NCBI GenBank assembly: GCA_047495785.1
Contig: JBLDXI010000074.1
Location: 1,364,001-1,428,000, forward strand
Direction of reading: 5' to 3'
DNA length: 64,000 bases
From: Lepidodermella squamata
Lineage: Eukaryota; Animalia; Gastrotricha
Position 1 is the first letter of the stretch; every line of letters starts with the position of its first letter. Below are positions 61,956 to 64,000 of this stretch, piece after piece. The translations under genes were made by a program, and so were the position numbers. Under the pieces are notes generated by a model that saw only the letters and a list, made by a program, of their open reading frames with translations, had not been told where the DNA came from and ran no database searches.

Positions 61956-64000
61956 TTAGAAAAGACCGGAATCATGCACGCCATTGAACGATGTCGTATG
62001 GCCGTTGTTGAAAACCGAATTTCCACCAGTGCCATTCGTCGTTGGCAGCTGTAGATTTGCGGCGTTGAACCCATTTTGCGGCATGGAGAAAAAACTGCTC
62101 GCCGCTCCCTGGACGGAGCCTCCCGTGCTCGCGAACGCGCGAGGAAATGCGACGAAGCCCGATGTGGCTGGATCGCCGAAATGCGTCGCCCTTGGGTAGC
62201 CGAGCATGCTGCCGCCGTTCGACACCGTATCTTCATTAGCGATGACGTTCGGCGAAACCGATGGCGGAGTGTTGCTTATGACGTCGCAGTTCATCGATTC
62301 GTCATTGCTCATGTCACCCGACGCGCCTTCATCTTCAGTGTTATCACTCGATGACGCCCCCACGGTTTTTTGTTCTAGTTTTTCATACCCGCCATGCCCG
62401 CTACGATTTTTCTTCTTTCGCGCGCTTGGATTTCGGTTATTGAGCTCGTCAATTTCTCGCAACACATCATGCTTAGCCCGCATTGACGGGTAGAAAAATT
62501 TCAACGGTTTTAGATCAGCGATAACCTTCACTGGTTCACATTCTTTGAAAGTGCATGGACCATAACCACGTTCTACGAATTTCGTGCCATTTTTGTGCAG
62601 TTTGACGTAGGGTATCACCACTGCACCGAGCTCGGTGCTTGAAAATCGAAGTAGGAACTAGAAAATGACAGTTAGATAATATACTCAAAATTAATGACAA
62701 ATTCTGCTAAAAGTTAATGAACTGACAGAAGTAATCGATAAAAGCGTCAAATTTACTAATGCTAATGGCGTCTACGGGGAAAACAGGAAGCTCTGATCGA
62801 ATTCTAACGACGATTTGAGGTTGACTCAGAGGGCAAATCTTGAAATTTGAAACTTACAGTTCCAGGTTGACAATCCTTCAGCATTTCTTCGACAGTTTCG
62901 TGAGCCGTAAATCCAACGAGATGATCAGGCCAGAACGAATACAGACAGTCCTTACTCATCAATTTCAAACAGGAATGAAACCAGTCCCAGAAGGTGAAAC
63001 GTGGCAAATCAGGGTTATAACAGGGTAGTAGATCCTTGGCCAGCATTGTCCAAGTTACTGTCTCATTGTCGTAGCAATACGTGTTCGAGATACTCAGCCC
63101 GCTGTTGCTAGCGATTGGGCCGCCCGACATGACAGAGTTTCGTTTAGAATTATTGCCACTGTGAAGCAGGCGGTCGGCGAGATAGGCCAAGTTCTGTTCA
63201 GAGAGACCTTGCCCACAGACCGCCTTCCAGCGCCCGTTCAACAGCTGTTTCACATCGGCCCAGACAGCTTTCCGGGGTACCTCGAATGGCAACCGGTTTG
63301 GCTCGGCAAAGTAGTTGTCCCAGAGTGTGGCAATAGCCGCGTTCGCCTCTTGGCTGTTATGGACCGTAACTACAATAGGCAGGGACAGAACACTAGCGAG
63401 AACAGTTGTGCTTTGGGTGTCGAGAAGTTGGACTAAAGCTCGCATTGGAATTCCACAGATGAAAGCGAGACAAAACTTCTCTTCAGTCACCAGCTGGCTG
63501 TGTTTACGATCGCCGCGAGAAAAGTTGCTCTACAAAAATAGTTTAAAATAGTTTAAATCGTGGAAGAGTTCATTCCAATGCCGACTTTAAAGCCTGACTT
63601 ACCAGAGATAAAGCCTTGAAGACTGCACCGCATTGTTTAGTAGTTTTGTCAAAGGTCAGTTGAGCCGAATGAATACAAGCTCCTGAATTGTGTTTCGGCA
63701 GAGACACATTTTTCACAAATTCCTGCGCCTGGGATTCGCTCAGAAAATACACATCAACGTCCACATTTGCCGGCATCATTGCCCCAGCTCCTGATCCACC
63801 ACTCGCAGCCTTGCTGGCTCTTCCGCCCGGCATTCTCGAATTCGGTAGTTGTTGCGATTGCTGCTGAATTGCTGCTACTCTTTGTTCCACCATCGAGTCG
63901 ATAGACAACGTTTGTTGTTGGGCTATTGTCAAGCTGCCGCAGATAGGAAACGGCTTGCTAGCAACTACAGGGGACGAATTGCCATCCCTAGCCGCATTTG
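61956..64000 (-). CDS. stat: STAT transcription factor (STAT5/6-like), 3' portion; gene continues beyond the window
   Basis: VTEEKF, SLPIVVTVHNSQ, LWDNYFAEPNRLPFEVP, FTFWDWF, SH2 PGTFLLRFS, tyrosine motif GYEK; exons 63603->64000, 62858-63529, 61956-62657. Confidence 0.93.

Overview
Intron-rich animal (invertebrate) genomic DNA with GT-AG introns, many of them about 47-60 nt; an acoel/xenacoelomorph-type origin is only a guess. In order, the window holds: a divergent single-exon Cys-loop channel subunit; a TE-rich tandem segmental duplication (about 2.1-10 kb vs 12.8-17.9 kb) containing a family of unknown secreted, possibly MATH-like proteins and a duplicated terminal Kunitz exon; a small secreted 25-aa-repeat peptide gene; a ~1390-aa secreted WAP x3/Kunitz protein rich in Gln and His; a neurogenin bHLH gene in a large non-coding domain; a PC7-like proprotein convertase with no transmembrane segment; a stand-alone bacterial-type thermolysin (M4) propeptide gene (FTP+PepSY, no protease domain); two tandem SLC44 choline-transporter-like genes; an EGF-rich probably GPI-anchored protein; a GABA-B-like class C GPCR; and the 3' part of a STAT gene. 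Several MITEs with identifiable TIRs/TSDs, a truncated LINE and a 51-bp minisatellite are also present. The best candidates for novelty are the propeptide-only gene at 47220-47726, the selectively conserved orphan Kunitz exon, the secreted tandem family with a gene-conversion tract, and an intron flanked by a direct repeat. All gene models were built by eye from splice signals and frame; no searches were run.
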